NCBI GenBank assembly: GCA_964597925.1 | Contig: CAZQZT010000002.1 | Location: forward strand, 103,038-167,037 | Origin: an uncultured Candidatus Saccharibacteria bacterium | GTDB lineage: Bacteria; Patescibacteriota; Saccharimonadia; Saccharimonadales; JBBQAJ01 | DNA: 64,000 bases | Direction of reading: 5' to 3' | Part shown: piece by piece, positions 17,349 to 27,289 of the stretch | How positions within the stretch are numbered: the stretch's first letter is position 1 | Layout: every line of letters begins with the position of its first letter | Notes under the pieces: model-generated | Databases searched by the model: none | Told to the model about the DNA's origin: nothing | The model's input: only the letters and a program-made list of their open reading frames with translations | Translations under genes and position numbers: made by a program

Positions 17349-20210
17349 TTAGCTTTTGGTGAGCTTGACTTTGAGCTGAGCACCTTCGATAGCGACTTCC
17401 ACTTCATGCGTGCCGGCTCCACTTTTTGTCAGTTGAGTAGCAAGAGTTTCTTGCTTGAGCAGGTCAATGTGTTCGTGGATAGCTTTTTGCAACTCCGCGT
17501 AATCTGTGGTTAGTACTAGCGATATACGATCATCTACCCGTAAACCTGCTGTCTTGCGAGCGCTTTGGACATGACGAATTACTTCGCGAATCAAGCCTTC
17601 ACGTTTCAGTTTGGGTGTGAGTGTAGTATCGAGAGCAAGCTCTTTACCCCATTTAACTTCTTTGACATTAAGTTCTTCAGCTATGATTTCTTTGTACATA
17701 TCAGGTAGTTCAACGGTAGTAACACACGCCAATGGCTGGCGAACTTTTATGCCAGCCCGAGCACGCATGGCCAAGCCTTCTGTAATGGCTTGGCGGGTTT
17801 GCGCCATATGGTCCACGAGAAGTTCATTTACATGACCCACCTCTGGCCAGTCCTGTAGATGTACCGACTCGCCACCGGTCAATTTCTGATACAATTCTTC
17901 GCTCAAGAATGGCGTAAATGGCGCCATGACATAGGCTAGCTGAACCAAGATATAGTGCAGAGTACGGTAGGCGTCGTTTTTGTCGCTGTCATCTTGACTC
18001 TTCCAGAAACGCTTTCTACTACGACGCACATACCAGTTACTAGCATCGTCTATAAACGGCAGGATTGGTTTTACGGCGCTTGTTATATCGTATCGGCTCA
18101 TGTGCATATCAACTTCTTGTATAACTTGATGCATGCGAGAGATAATCCATTGATCTAAAGTATTTGTGCAATTCAAAAAAGGATCTTGTATTTCACCATC
18201 CCACTCCCAGCCATCAACATCGGCATAAAGGGTGAAGAAGTCGTACATATTCCAAACCATCGCTAGTTTGCGAAAAATATCTGCCACATCTTTGTCTAAC
18301 ATAGAGAAGTCTTCGCCGTTTAAAAGCGGGGACTGAAGAAACAGAAAACGAAGAGCATCGGCGCTGTAGGTATCCATGAGCTCGTTTGGATCTGTATAGT
18401 TGCCAAAGCTTTTACTCATTTTTCTACCGTCGTTACCAGCAATAGTGCCATGAACCAAAGCCGTTTTAAATGCCGATTTGCCAAACAATCCAACGCTTAC
18501 TGCATTCATGTAGTAAAACCATGCTCTAACCTGAGGTACGTATTCTACGATAAAATCACCGGGGAAATTTTGTTCAAATTTCTCAACATTTTCAAAAGGG
18601 TAGTGGAATTGAGCAAACGGCATACTGCCCGATTCAAACCAACAATCCAAAACCTTTTCTATTCTCTTGTATTTGACTTTATCTATTGTGAAAGTTACAG
18701 CATCAATCCAAGGACGATGATAATCATCTAACTCCACTCCGGAGAGCTCTTTCAGCTCGGCATAGCTGCCAATCACCTTGATGTGCTCTTTGCCTTGAGC
18801 ATCCGCACCTTTCCATATGGGCATGGCCGTTGCCCAAAACCTGTCACGGCTAAGATTCCAGTCCGGCGCTGTTTCTATAGTTTTTTCTGAACGGCCGTGT
18901 TTGATATGCTCTGGAAACCAATTTACTAGCCCATTTTGTTCTAGCATTTGGGTACGCTGGCCGTCTATATCCATAAACCAACTAGGATGAGCTCTGTACA
19001 TAAGCTTGGTGCCACAACGATGACAGTGGGGGTAACTATGCTGTATATAGTCTATCTTCCAAACACTGCCACGCTCTAGAAGGGTTTTGGCAATTTCTTT
19101 GTTAGCATCCCAGATGTTTTGGCCCTTCCATTCACCTACAGTATAAATACCGTTTTCATCAGTGTTCATAACCCACGGGAAATCCTGAGTCTTGCTAAGC
19201 GCATAATCTTCTTCACCATAGGCTGGTGATTCATGGGCTATACCAGTACCCTCTTCGTCATGCACAAAGTCTGCGTGCCAAACCCTAAAAGCACGATTGC
19301 CTAGATCTTTGTGGGTATCGACTATTGGTTCATAGATTTTTCCAACCAGCTCGCTACCCTTGAAAGTTCTTAGTAACTTATAGGGCAGAACTTGATGCTT
19401 TTCATCAGTTAGAGCTTTATCTAGTAGCGATTTTGCCAGAATTAATTTTTGCCCGTCTAATTGAACTTCGGCATATGTTAGACCTGCGTTAACTGCAATT
19501 GCCGAGTTTGATGGCAGAGTCCAAGGCGTTGTAGTCCAAGCCAGCAGATGAGTGTTTTCGCCAACAATTTTAAATTTAGCATACACCGAGGGGTCGGTTA
19601 CGTCTTGATAGCTATTGTCCATGGCTACTTCTGATTTACTAATGGGAGTGGCATCTCTCGTGCAATAGAGCAGAACCTTTTCACCTTCGTAGATTTTGCC
19701 TTTGTCGTACAACTGTTTGAAAGCCCACCAAATAGACTCCATGTAATTTTTGTCCATAGTTTTGTACGCACCCCTAAAATCTACCCAACGACCTATGCGA
19801 TCAATAGTATCTTCCCAGAGTGAGCCAGTTTGAGTCATATTATCACTACAGGTAAGTATGTATTCTTCTAGGCTGACTTTTGTACCGATATCTCTCTTGT
19901 CTTTGATACCAAGCTTTTTTTCTGTAAACACTTCTGCGGGCAAGCCATGACAGTCCCAGCCCCAAACTCGCTGTACGTGCTTGCCTTTCATGGTTTGATA
20001 GCGAGGTACAGCATCTTTGACTATAGAAGTAAGTAGGGTGCCGTGGTGAGGTACGCCAGTGATAAACGGTGGACCATCGTAAAAAACAAAGGCATTGTCT
20101 TTGGACCGCATTGAAACAGACTTTTCAAAAGTTTTATGTTGCTTCCAATACTGTACGAGATCTTTCTCGTACTCTATGGCTTTTCTGCGTGTTCCTTGCT
20201 TAAATTTCAT
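17349..20210 (-). CDS. ileS: isoleucyl-tRNA synthetase (type 2, eukaryote-like)
   Basis: Class I HIGH region in a type-2 context (FYDGPPFITGVPHHGTLL); KMSKS (GRKMSKSFGN); 953 aa; preceded by an Ile-specific T-box. Confidence 0.93.
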   Translation of the reverse strand: MKFKQGTRRKAIEYEKDLVQYWKQHKTFEKSVSMRSKDNAFVFYDGPPFITGVPHHGTLLTSIVKDAVPRYQTMKGKHVQRVWGWDCHGLPAEVFTEKKLGIKDKRDIGTKVSLEEYILTCSDNMTQTGSLWEDTIDRIGRWVDFRGAYKTMDKNYMESIWWAFKQLYDKGKIYEGEKVLLYCTRDATPISKSEVAMDNSYQDVTDPSVYAKFKIVGENTHLLAWTTTPWTLPSNSAIAVNAGLTYAEVQLDGQKLILAKSLLDKALTDEKHQVLPYKLLRTFKGSELVGKIYEPIVDTHKDLGNRAFRVWHADFVHDEEGTGIAHESPAYGEEDYALSKTQDFPWVMNTDENGIYTVGEWKGQNIWDANKEIAKTLLERGSVWKIDYIQHSYPHCHRCGTKLMYRAHPSWFMDIDGQRTQMLEQNGLVNWFPEHIKHGRSEKTIETAPDWNLSRDRFWATAMPIWKGADAQGKEHIKVIGSYAELKELSGVELDDYHRPWIDAVTFTIDKVKYKRIEKVLDCWFESGSMPFAQFHYPFENVEKFEQNFPGDFIVEYVPQVRAWFYYMNAVSVGLFGKSAFKTALVHGTIAGNDGRKMSKSFGNYTDPNELMDTYSADALRFLFLQSPLLNGEDFSMLDKDVADIFRKLAMVWNMYDFFTLYADVDGWEWDGEIQDPFLNCTNTLDQWIISRMHQVIQEVDMHMSRYDITSAVKPILPFIDDASNWYVRRSRKRFWKSQDDSDKNDAYRTLHYILVQLAYVMAPFTPFLSEELYQKLTGGESVHLQDWPEVGHVNELLVDHMAQTRQAITEGLAMRARAGIKVRQPLACVTTVELPDMYKEIIAEELNVKEVKWGKELALDTTLTPKLKREGLIREVIRHVQSARKTAGLRVDDRISLVLTTDYAELQKAIHEHIDLLKQETLATQLTKSGAGTHEVEVAIEGAQLKVKLTKS

Positions 20211-20212
20211 CG

Positions 20213-20445
20213 TTTACCTTTTTAGAAAATAAAAAGCCCCTTCACACAGGAGCTCCATTGCTGGGGCGGTACCATCCTGATTGGGACTTAATTGCGGCTA
20301 TTACGGGCCTGCCCGGCGAGTTCTACTGAGCCAAAGCTGTTCTTCTCACTCCTCGCAGTTGATGTGCTGCTTTCACCAGGCTGTCTTACAGACGGTCTGA
20401 CGGGCGGATTAGTAAAATTGTACCTCAGTTCTCTGTTAGTAGCAA
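20213..20445 (-). promoter_or_regulatory. T-box leader (Ile specifier) of ileS
   Basis: On the minus strand: AGAGA/GA motif (aacAGAGAactgagg); distal GGUGAAAG; specifier AUC (reverse complement of gat at 20361-20363) followed by A; T-box sequence aatcaGGATGGTACCGCC (20266-20278) whose UGGU matches the A73 discriminator of the tRNA-Ile encoded in this window; then hairpin GCCCC...GGGGC plus UUUUUAUUUU (20221-20267). Confidence 0.8.
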
Positions 20446-20446
20446 C

Positions 20447-20713
20447 CTATCTCTGAACAAGATAGCCAGCAACTTCGTTCATGAGAGGAAGCGGATCGCC
20501 TTCCCAGTGCTTGAGCAACTCTCCGCTGTCTCGCCTTACAAGAACCGCTGGATACTTAACAATATCATACAAAGTCGCGAGCTCTGCCCCTTCCCTAGTC
20601 TCAAGGCTAATCAGCTCTATAACTAAACTTTTTTGCCGCTCGAAATCACGAACATATTCTTCCACGGCCCTAGAAAACTCGGATGCTGGATGATAGAGAA
20701 TAGCTGTCTTCAT
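20447..20713 (-). CDS. small thioredoxin/glutaredoxin-fold protein lacking the CXXC active site
   Basis: 88 aa. The beta-alpha-beta start TAILYHPASEFSRAVEEYV aligns by eye to NrdH/Grx ..LYTKPxCPxCxxAK, but there are no cysteines anywhere in the protein. Immediately downstream of nrdJ. Confidence 0.55.
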   Translation of the reverse strand: MKTAILYHPASEFSRAVEEYVRDFERQKSLVIELISLETREGAELATLYDIVKYPAVLVRRDSGELLKHWEGDPLPLMNEVAGYLVQR

Positions 20714-20809
20714 GCATGTTAGTTTACAGCAAACAGGTTATGGTTAACAGTAGGGACCGTTTGTTTTTCCTGCTGTTATCTGTGTACTGTAAACTGTCAG
20801 CTTTATTAC

Positions 20810-23596
20810 TTAGCTGCAGCCTGTTGTCGATCCGCATGAGCTACATACGTAGCAGCTGCCGGCTTTTTGGGTTTGGTTGCCACAGTTGAAGCACATAGGA
20901 GCTGACTGATCCATAACTTTGCTTTCTGCGGGCTTGTAGGGAACTGCTGATTCTACAACCGCTGGTGCTGGCTCCACCCTTAACTCAACTGGTTTGGTTG
21001 GTTCTGGATAAATTTCAACATCGCTGTCTAGTAAGCTGGTTTGTTCTTCTGGCATATCATCTATGGAAGCCAGGCCCAACTCTAGACGATCATCAAATGA
21101 CAGATAATCCATAGCGAGTCGGCGGAATATGTAGTCAATCAGTGATGAAGCTGTGCGAATTTCTGGATCATCAGTAATACCCGCTGGTGCAAATGACATG
21201 CTGGTCATACCCTTTACATAAACCTTTAGTGGAACACCATACTGCAAACTGTAGCTAATAGAGCGCGCAAATGAATCCATGAGGCCAGCTAGAGTGGAGC
21301 CCATTTTGGCAACTCTCACAAACAGCTCGCCCGGAGTACCGTCTTCATATTCTCCTACCGTAAAGTAGCCGTGGCAGTCTGAGACAGTAAATGAGTAGGT
21401 TTTTGATGGTCTAACTTTGGGCATATCCTTACGAATAACTCCTTTTACGACGACTTTGTCGTTTATTGACTCTGGGACTCCACCGCTTGGCGGTAAGTCA
21501 TTGTTGCTATCTGCACCTTTTTTGGTCATAGACAATGGCTGAGCAACTTTACAATTATCTCGGTAAATAGCCACCGCCTTAAGCCCCAGTTTCCAGGCCT
21601 CTATGTGCAGCTGCTCTATTTCTTCTACAGTGGCTTGTTCTGGCATATTAACAGTTTTGCTAATAGCTCCAGAAATAAAAGGTTGTACTGCTGACATCAT
21701 CTTTACATGCCCCATATAGTGAATTGGATTGTCGCCCATAGAGCAGGAAAAGACTGCAAAATGTTCTTTCTTGAGGTGAGGTGCATCAGTTATAGTTTTT
21801 TCGACATCAATATAATTTACGATGTCGTCTACTTGCGACTTAGTGTAGCCGAGTACTTTTAGTGCTCGAGGTACTGTTTGGTTAACTATATTCATAATAC
21901 CGCCACCGACTAGTTTTTTGAATTTTACTAGCCCGAGGTCTGGCTCTATACCAGTAGTATCGCAGTCCATCATAAGGCCTATAGTACCGGTAGGAGCAAG
22001 CACGCTGGCTTGAGCATTTCGCACACCGTACAAACCGCCAAGCTCTACGGCATCGTCCCAAGCAGTTGCAGCAGCGCTAAGAAGATCTTCTGCTACCATG
22101 CTCGCGTCAATATTAGACACTTCCTCTCTATGCATCTTTAGGACGTTTAGCATGCCTTCACGGTCTTTGTGAAAGCCAGCAAATGGACCAACTCTATTAG
22201 CCAATCGAGCACTGGTTGCGTAAGCGTGACCAGTCATTATAGCCGTAATGGCAGCTGCTTGAGCTCTGCCTTCATCGCTATCATATGGCAAGCCTTGGGC
22301 CATAAGCATGGCACCTAGGTTTGCGTAGCCTATACCTAGTTCTCTGTAAGCTCGGGCATTCTTGGTTATATTTTCCGTTGGGTATTCACTGTAGCCTACT
22401 AAAATCTCTTGCGCAGTAAATACGAGTTCTACGGTGTGCCTGAATGCTTCCACATCAAAACTACCATCTTCATTTAGGTATTTAAGTAGGTTAATTGAAG
22501 CTAGGTTACATGCAGAATTGTCTATATGCATGTATTCGCTGCAGGGGTTACTACCGTTTATGCGACCAGCGTTTGGTGTAGTGTGCCAACTGTTTATAGT
22601 GCTATCAAACTGCATACCTGGGTCTGCACACTCCCATGCCGCTTCTGCGATTTGACGGAACAAATCACGCGCTCTTATGTGCTTCACGGTTTTGCCGGTG
22701 CTAACAGAGCGAAGCTCGTAGTCTTTGTCATCTTCGACTGCCTGCATAAATTCGTCTGTAACACGAACTGAGTTGTTGGCATTTTGATACTGAACGGAGG
22801 TAATATCTTTACCATCTAGTGTCATATCCCAGCCTGCGGCCTGTAGGTCACGAGCTTTGCGCTCTTCGCGTGCTTTGCACCAAATAAACTCTTCTACGTC
22901 GGGGTGATCGGAGTTTAATATAACCATCTTGGCTGCTCTGCGAGTTTTGCCACCACTTTTAATAGCACCCGCCGAAGCATCGGCACCGCGCATAAAGCTA
23001 AGAGGCCCGGAAGCTGTACCTGCACTTTTACCAAGTGGCTCTACGGACGAGCGAATGCTACTGAGGTTTATCCCCGAACCTGAGCCACCCTTAAAGATCA
23101 TACCCTCTTCTTTGTACCAGTTCAGGATGGACGGCATAGTGTCTTCTACTGCCAGTATAAAACATGCGCTGGCCTGCTGAGCCCTGCCAGGAGCTCCAAT
23201 ATTGAACCAAACTGGCGAGTTAAAAGCGGCACGCTGAGTAGCAAGAATGTATTTGAGCTCTTCACGAAAGTCTTCTGCTTCTGCCTCAGACTCAAAATAA
23301 CTTTCTTGTAGGCCCTGACGGGTTACGGTGTCTACCACCCTATCGATTAATTTTTTAAGAGAATCTTCTCTATCATCCGTTCCTGGCGTACCCGTAAAAT
23401 ATTTTTGAGCAACAATGTTTATGGAGTTGAGCGACCAGCCTTCTGGAAACTCTAAACCTTTTTGTTCAAAGACTGGTTTTTCAGTCATTGGATTCATAAT
23501 GACTGAATCACGCTTAGTCCACTTTAGTTGATCGTATGCTTTGCTTTTGGCTGGCGTAAAGAACCGCCTGCGACCCAGGATTGTTGTTTGTCCCAT
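20810..23596 (-). CDS. nrdJ: class II (adenosylcobalamin-dependent) ribonucleotide reductase
   Basis: 928 aa. Active-site region NPCSEYMHIDNSACNLASINL. C-terminal Cys-rich redox tail (CFNCGNQTQKAGSCYVCSSCGSTTGCS), typical of NrdJ. Confidence 0.9.
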   Translation of the reverse strand: MGQTTILGRRRFFTPAKSKAYDQLKWTKRDSVIMNPMTEKPVFEQKGLEFPEGWSLNSINIVAQKYFTGTPGTDDREDSLKKLIDRVVDTVTRQGLQESYFESEAEAEDFREELKYILATQRAAFNSPVWFNIGAPGRAQQASACFILAVEDTMPSILNWYKEEGMIFKGGSGSGINLSSIRSSVEPLGKSAGTASGPLSFMRGADASAGAIKSGGKTRRAAKMVILNSDHPDVEEFIWCKAREERKARDLQAAGWDMTLDGKDITSVQYQNANNSVRVTDEFMQAVEDDKDYELRSVSTGKTVKHIRARDLFRQIAEAAWECADPGMQFDSTINSWHTTPNAGRINGSNPCSEYMHIDNSACNLASINLLKYLNEDGSFDVEAFRHTVELVFTAQEILVGYSEYPTENITKNARAYRELGIGYANLGAMLMAQGLPYDSDEGRAQAAAITAIMTGHAYATSARLANRVGPFAGFHKDREGMLNVLKMHREEVSNIDASMVAEDLLSAAATAWDDAVELGGLYGVRNAQASVLAPTGTIGLMMDCDTTGIEPDLGLVKFKKLVGGGIMNIVNQTVPRALKVLGYTKSQVDDIVNYIDVEKTITDAPHLKKEHFAVFSCSMGDNPIHYMGHVKMMSAVQPFISGAISKTVNMPEQATVEEIEQLHIEAWKLGLKAVAIYRDNCKVAQPLSMTKKGADSNNDLPPSGGVPESINDKVVVKGVIRKDMPKVRPSKTYSFTVSDCHGYFTVGEYEDGTPGELFVRVAKMGSTLAGLMDSFARSISYSLQYGVPLKVYVKGMTSMSFAPAGITDDPEIRTASSLIDYIFRRLAMDYLSFDDRLELGLASIDDMPEEQTSLLDSDVEIYPEPTKPVELRVEPAPAVVESAVPYKPAESKVMDQSAPMCFNCGNQTQKAGSCYVCSSCGSTTGCS

Positions 23597-23729
23597 ATTA
23601 CCCTCACTTTTACCTTGTTATATTGTTTAGTTTTTTGTTTAGAGTTGTTGTATTGTCTGCTCTCAGGAGACATTACCAGCTCTTCTGGGTAATGAGATTA
23701 CTGTCATTAAACAGAAGAACCGGCAGCTC

Positions 23730-24203
23730 CTAGTTAGCACTGTGTTTGACTTTTCGCTCTTTGATTTGCAGGAGTTCTCTTTCGAACCCGGCAATATCTT
23801 TGAATCGTCTATACACACTTGCAAAGCGGACATAAGCAACTTCGTTTAGTGGTGCTAGTCGCTCCATAACCAGTTCACCTATTTGAGCTGTGCCAATTTC
23901 TTGGTCTCCACAAGCATAAATATGATGTTCCATGTCTGCAACTAGGCGTTCTAGTTGCAGGCTAGTTACAGGAGTCTTCTCACACGCACGATACAGTCCG
24001 GCCAGTAGCTTGTCTCGGCTAAATCGTTCACGAATACCATTATTTTTAATAACGATAATCTGTGGACGCTCAATCCTCTCATATGTAGTAAAACGATATC
24101 CGCAATCAGGGCATGCCCGGCGGCGGCGAATAGCTTCGCCTTCACTCACATCTCGGGATTCAATAACCTTTGTATCTACTGACGAGCATTGGCTGCATTT
24201 CAT
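23730..24203 (-). CDS. nrdR: transcriptional repressor NrdR
   Basis: Zn-ribbon MKCSQCSSVDTKVIESR...CPDCGYRFTTYERIE plus an ATP-cone. Start at the ATG at 24203 with SD GGAGG (reverse complement of 24213-24217). Confidence 0.93.
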   Translation of the reverse strand: MKCSQCSSVDTKVIESRDVSEGEAIRRRRACPDCGYRFTTYERIERPQIIVIKNNGIRERFSRDKLLAGLYRACEKTPVTSLQLERLVADMEHHIYACGDQEIGTAQIGELVMERLAPLNEVAYVRFASVYRRFKDIAGFERELLQIKERKVKHSAN

Positions 24204-24291
24204 ATATGTTGCCTCCTCGTCTCCGACACCTCTATGTGAGGACGGATACAAATTATGTGTTCATTCTGAATGTGCTATTACTATATCTAAA

Positions 24292-24340
24292 TCACTACAT
24301 ATAGCGTCTATACTCTAAATCATAGACCTATATACAGGGT
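24292..24340 (-). promoter_or_regulatory. two candidate NrdR boxes upstream of nrdR-nrdJ
   Basis: tcaCtAcATaTaGcgt (24292-24307) matches about 13 of 16 positions of my recalled consensus acaCwAtATaTwGtgt. gacCtAtATacaGggt (24325-24340) matches about 11 of 16. Centres are about 33 bp apart (about 3 helical turns). Confidence 0.4.
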
Positions 24341-24394
24341 TTTGCAATACAATAATTGGTGTATTATTTACTTAAATAACCCCTGTTATAAACG

Positions 24395-25720
24395 TTATTT
24401 TTCGTCTTTGTCGGTAGAACTATCGGTTTTTTTATCGTCATTCAGCTGACGACGCTTGGTAAGTCGTCGTAAAAATGATGGTTTTTCTAGCTCGTCTTCT
24501 TCTACCGAGCCTACGATTGGGTTTGTATCTAGGAAATTTCCATTTTTAGCTTCCATATCTTTTTCTTTACTGTCATTTGAGTCATCTTCGGAGTCATCCA
24601 AAGTCCAAATGTTAGGCATGGGCGTGTCTTTATTTAGCTCACTGTCTTGTTCTTCGTCATGAAGCTCCATGTCTATTCCGGTCATATCGTGATCTTCGGT
24701 GATTTTTGGTAGAGATGCTGGTTGAGCATTCGTAGTCGATTTGGTGGTTTTGCGGTTTGCATAATAGGCATCATCGAATCCAGTCGCAACAACTGTGATT
24801 ATAATTTCGCCCTCTAGCTCCGGACTGATAGTAGCACCGAATATTATATTGGCCTCTGGGTCAGCGGCAACTGTAATTGTTTCGGCAGCTTGATTGATTT
24901 CGTGCATAGACATGTCGCTGCCACCAATAACATTGAACAGAATCCCTCGGGCACCATCTATAGAAACCTCTAGTAGTGGTGACTCGATAGCTTGTTGAGC
25001 GGCCTTGACAGCACGATCCTCGCCAGAGGCCCTACCAATACCCATAAGAGCTGAACCGGCATGGCTCATGACAGTCTTGACATCTGCAAAATCAAGGTTT
25101 ATAAGACCGTGGACCGTTATGAGATCTGAGATACCTTGTACGCCTTGACGGAGCACATCATCTGCAACCTTGAAAGCCTCAAGTAATGGTGTCTGACGAT
25201 CGATTGTCTGGAGAAGGCGATCGTTTGGAATAATGATTAGTGTGTCTACGACTTTGCGAAGATTTTCAATGGCGATATCTGCATTACGGCGGCGTTTTTC
25301 GCCTTCAAATGCGAATGGCTTTGTAGCAAAACCCACAACAAGCGATCCTTGTTCCTGGGCTGCTTCGGCTACCACATGACCCGCACCGCTACCCGTACCA
25401 CCGCCAGCACCTATGGTTACGAACACCATGTCCGCACCGGCAACTGATTTACGAATTTCTTCAATTGATTCTTGGGCTGCCTTTTGTCCAACAGTAGGAT
25501 CTGCACCCGCACCAAGTCCACGCGTAGCATCACGACCGATGTGTATTTTGGTCTGCGCTTTTGAGTGATGGAGTGCTTGGGCGTCTGTATTTACAACAAC
25601 AAACTCAACACCCTCCACGCCAGCTTCAACCATTCTGTTAATTGCAGCGCCACCAGCGCCACCAACACCAATAACTTTTATTCGAGCGAATGTTTCAATT
25701 GCGGGGTTTACTTGGGGCAT
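24395..25720 (-). CDS. ftsZ: cell division GTPase FtsZ
   Basis: GGGTGSGA tubulin signature; NTDAQAL; long acidic linker, then a conserved C-terminal peptide ([10 protein letters not shown]). Confidence 0.95.
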   Translation of the reverse strand: MPQVNPAIETFARIKVIGVGGAGGAAINRMVEAGVEGVEFVVVNTDAQALHHSKAQTKIHIGRDATRGLGAGADPTVGQKAAQESIEEIRKSVAGADMVFVTIGAGGGTGSGAGHVVAEAAQEQGSLVVGFATKPFAFEGEKRRRNADIAIENLRKVVDTLIIIPNDRLLQTIDRQTPLLEAFKVADDVLRQGVQGISDLITVHGLINLDFADVKTVMSHAGSALMGIGRASGEDRAVKAAQQAIESPLLEVSIDGARGILFNVIGGSDMSMHEINQAAETITVAADPEANIIFGATISPELEGEIIITVVATGFDDAYYANRKTTKSTTNAQPASLPKITEDHDMTGIDMELHDEEQDSELNKDTPMPNIWTLDDSEDDSNDSKEKDMEAKNGNFLDTNPIVGSVEEDELEKPSFLRRLTKRRQLNDDKKTDSSTDKDEK

Positions 25721-25823
25721 GTTCTCGTACCTATCTTCACTTACTTATAGATTGGAGTATATATGACATTCCCTCTTCTTTGCAACCCCATGATAACTCC
25801 TTGCTGACTATAGTGAGCAGAGA

Positions 25824-27050
25824 TTAGCTTTTACGGAAGCGTTTAAGCAAGCCCTGTATCATGCCAAGGGCTTTTTGGTTAGGATTACCCTTTATAGCGT
25901 CAGCCTCTGGCATTAGTAACATATCTAGCTGCATGAGCCCTATAGCTGTAGTGAAGGACAGGTCATCAATAACATCAACAAGTCCCTGAAGCGGCTGTAG
26001 ACTACCGAGACGAGCGGGGAGTTGTAGTTTTTCTTTAGCAAAATCCGCTAGACCAGGTAGTTTGGAGGTTCCACCAACTATAACTACTCCACCAGGAAGC
26101 TTTTTTGAACGACCAATCTTTTTAAGTTCTTTGTCTACGAATTCAAATAGTTCATCTACTCTGGCTTCAGTTATCATATGAACTTCACTTTTAGTAAAAG
26201 TATGTTCTTTTCCACCTAACTCTAAAGTGATAGTGTCGTAATCCGGGCGGTCTAGAGTGGCATAGCCAACTTTTACTGCTTCCGCTACGTCTAAATCGGT
26301 TTTTAGACCAATTGCTAGGTCATTTGTGATATTTATGCCGCCTATTGGCAATATTGCAACGTGCTGGATTTCGCCATCTTCTACCACTACTAAATTAGTT
26401 GTACCGGCACCTATATCTAATAAAACGGTGCCCGATTCCTTTTGCTGACGATTTAGAACTGCCTCGGCAGCCGCTAAACTGGAAACTGTAATATGATTTA
26501 GGTTTACATGTGAACGCTCTAGTACAGCAGTTAGACTCTTGAGCGTAGGCGAAGCAGCTGTAACTATATGAGTGTCTACCTCTAGCCGCACTCCGTTCAT
26601 GCCAACTGGATCCTTAATGTTGTCTTGGCCGTCTACTCGATAATTTTTAGCAAAAACTTGTATGATTTCTCGATTTGGCGGCAGCTGCATAATAGTAGCG
26701 GCCTCCTCAGCGCGATACCTATCATCGGTAGTTATTTCTCGGTTTGCTCCGCTAATAGCCACAACCCCTTTAGAGTTCAAGCCACTAACATGCGTACCAT
26801 TTACGTTTACGGTGGCACTTTTTATTTGCACCCCAGAAATACGCTCTGCTTCGGTTACTGCATGAGTAATTGCCTCTTTAACGTCGTCTATGTGGACTAC
26901 TACACCCTTACGCATGCCAATGTTTTTAGCAATACCGTGACCAATAATTGATAATTCAGCCGGATGTTCGTGATCAAACATACCAACAACACACCTCACT
27001 GCAGAGGTGCCGATGTCCAGGCCAAAAAAATGTTGTGTATTATCGTTCAT
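25824..27050 (-). CDS. ftsA: cell division protein FtsA
   Basis: Actin-fold phosphate motifs (FGLDIGTSAVRCVVG, LLDIGAGTTNLVV). Upstream of ftsZ. Start taken at the ATG at 27050 (MNDNTQHFFGLDIG). Confidence 0.9.
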   Translation of the reverse strand: MNDNTQHFFGLDIGTSAVRCVVGMFDHEHPAELSIIGHGIAKNIGMRKGVVVHIDDVKEAITHAVTEAERISGVQIKSATVNVNGTHVSGLNSKGVVAISGANREITTDDRYRAEEAATIMQLPPNREIIQVFAKNYRVDGQDNIKDPVGMNGVRLEVDTHIVTAASPTLKSLTAVLERSHVNLNHITVSSLAAAEAVLNRQQKESGTVLLDIGAGTTNLVVVEDGEIQHVAILPIGGINITNDLAIGLKTDLDVAEAVKVGYATLDRPDYDTITLELGGKEHTFTKSEVHMITEARVDELFEFVDKELKKIGRSKKLPGGVVIVGGTSKLPGLADFAKEKLQLPARLGSLQPLQGLVDVIDDLSFTTAIGLMQLDMLLMPEADAIKGNPNQKALGMIQGLLKRFRKS

Positions 27051-27289
27051 ATTATTTTTTTCTTGCGCTATTTCATAAACAAGCGAGAGTAATTGGCGAT
27101 GAACCATCACACATGACTTAAAGTATAACTCTTATACTTGTCCTGTAGCAAGAATACCAAATACAAAGTTCAAAAATCGAAGTACAGATAAAATATCGAA
27201 CATAATAAAAGCAGAAACTTTTCTATTTCACATCTATAGATTTGTATCTCGAATATTTTTATGAATTTTGAGGCTTGATCTTGGTGTTT

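Noticed and set aside
23597-23729. Cobalamin riboswitch upstream of the B12-dependent nrdJ
   Set aside because: The spacer is only about 133 nt, with no B12-box-like sequence (…GCCACUG…) and none of the multi-stem architecture.
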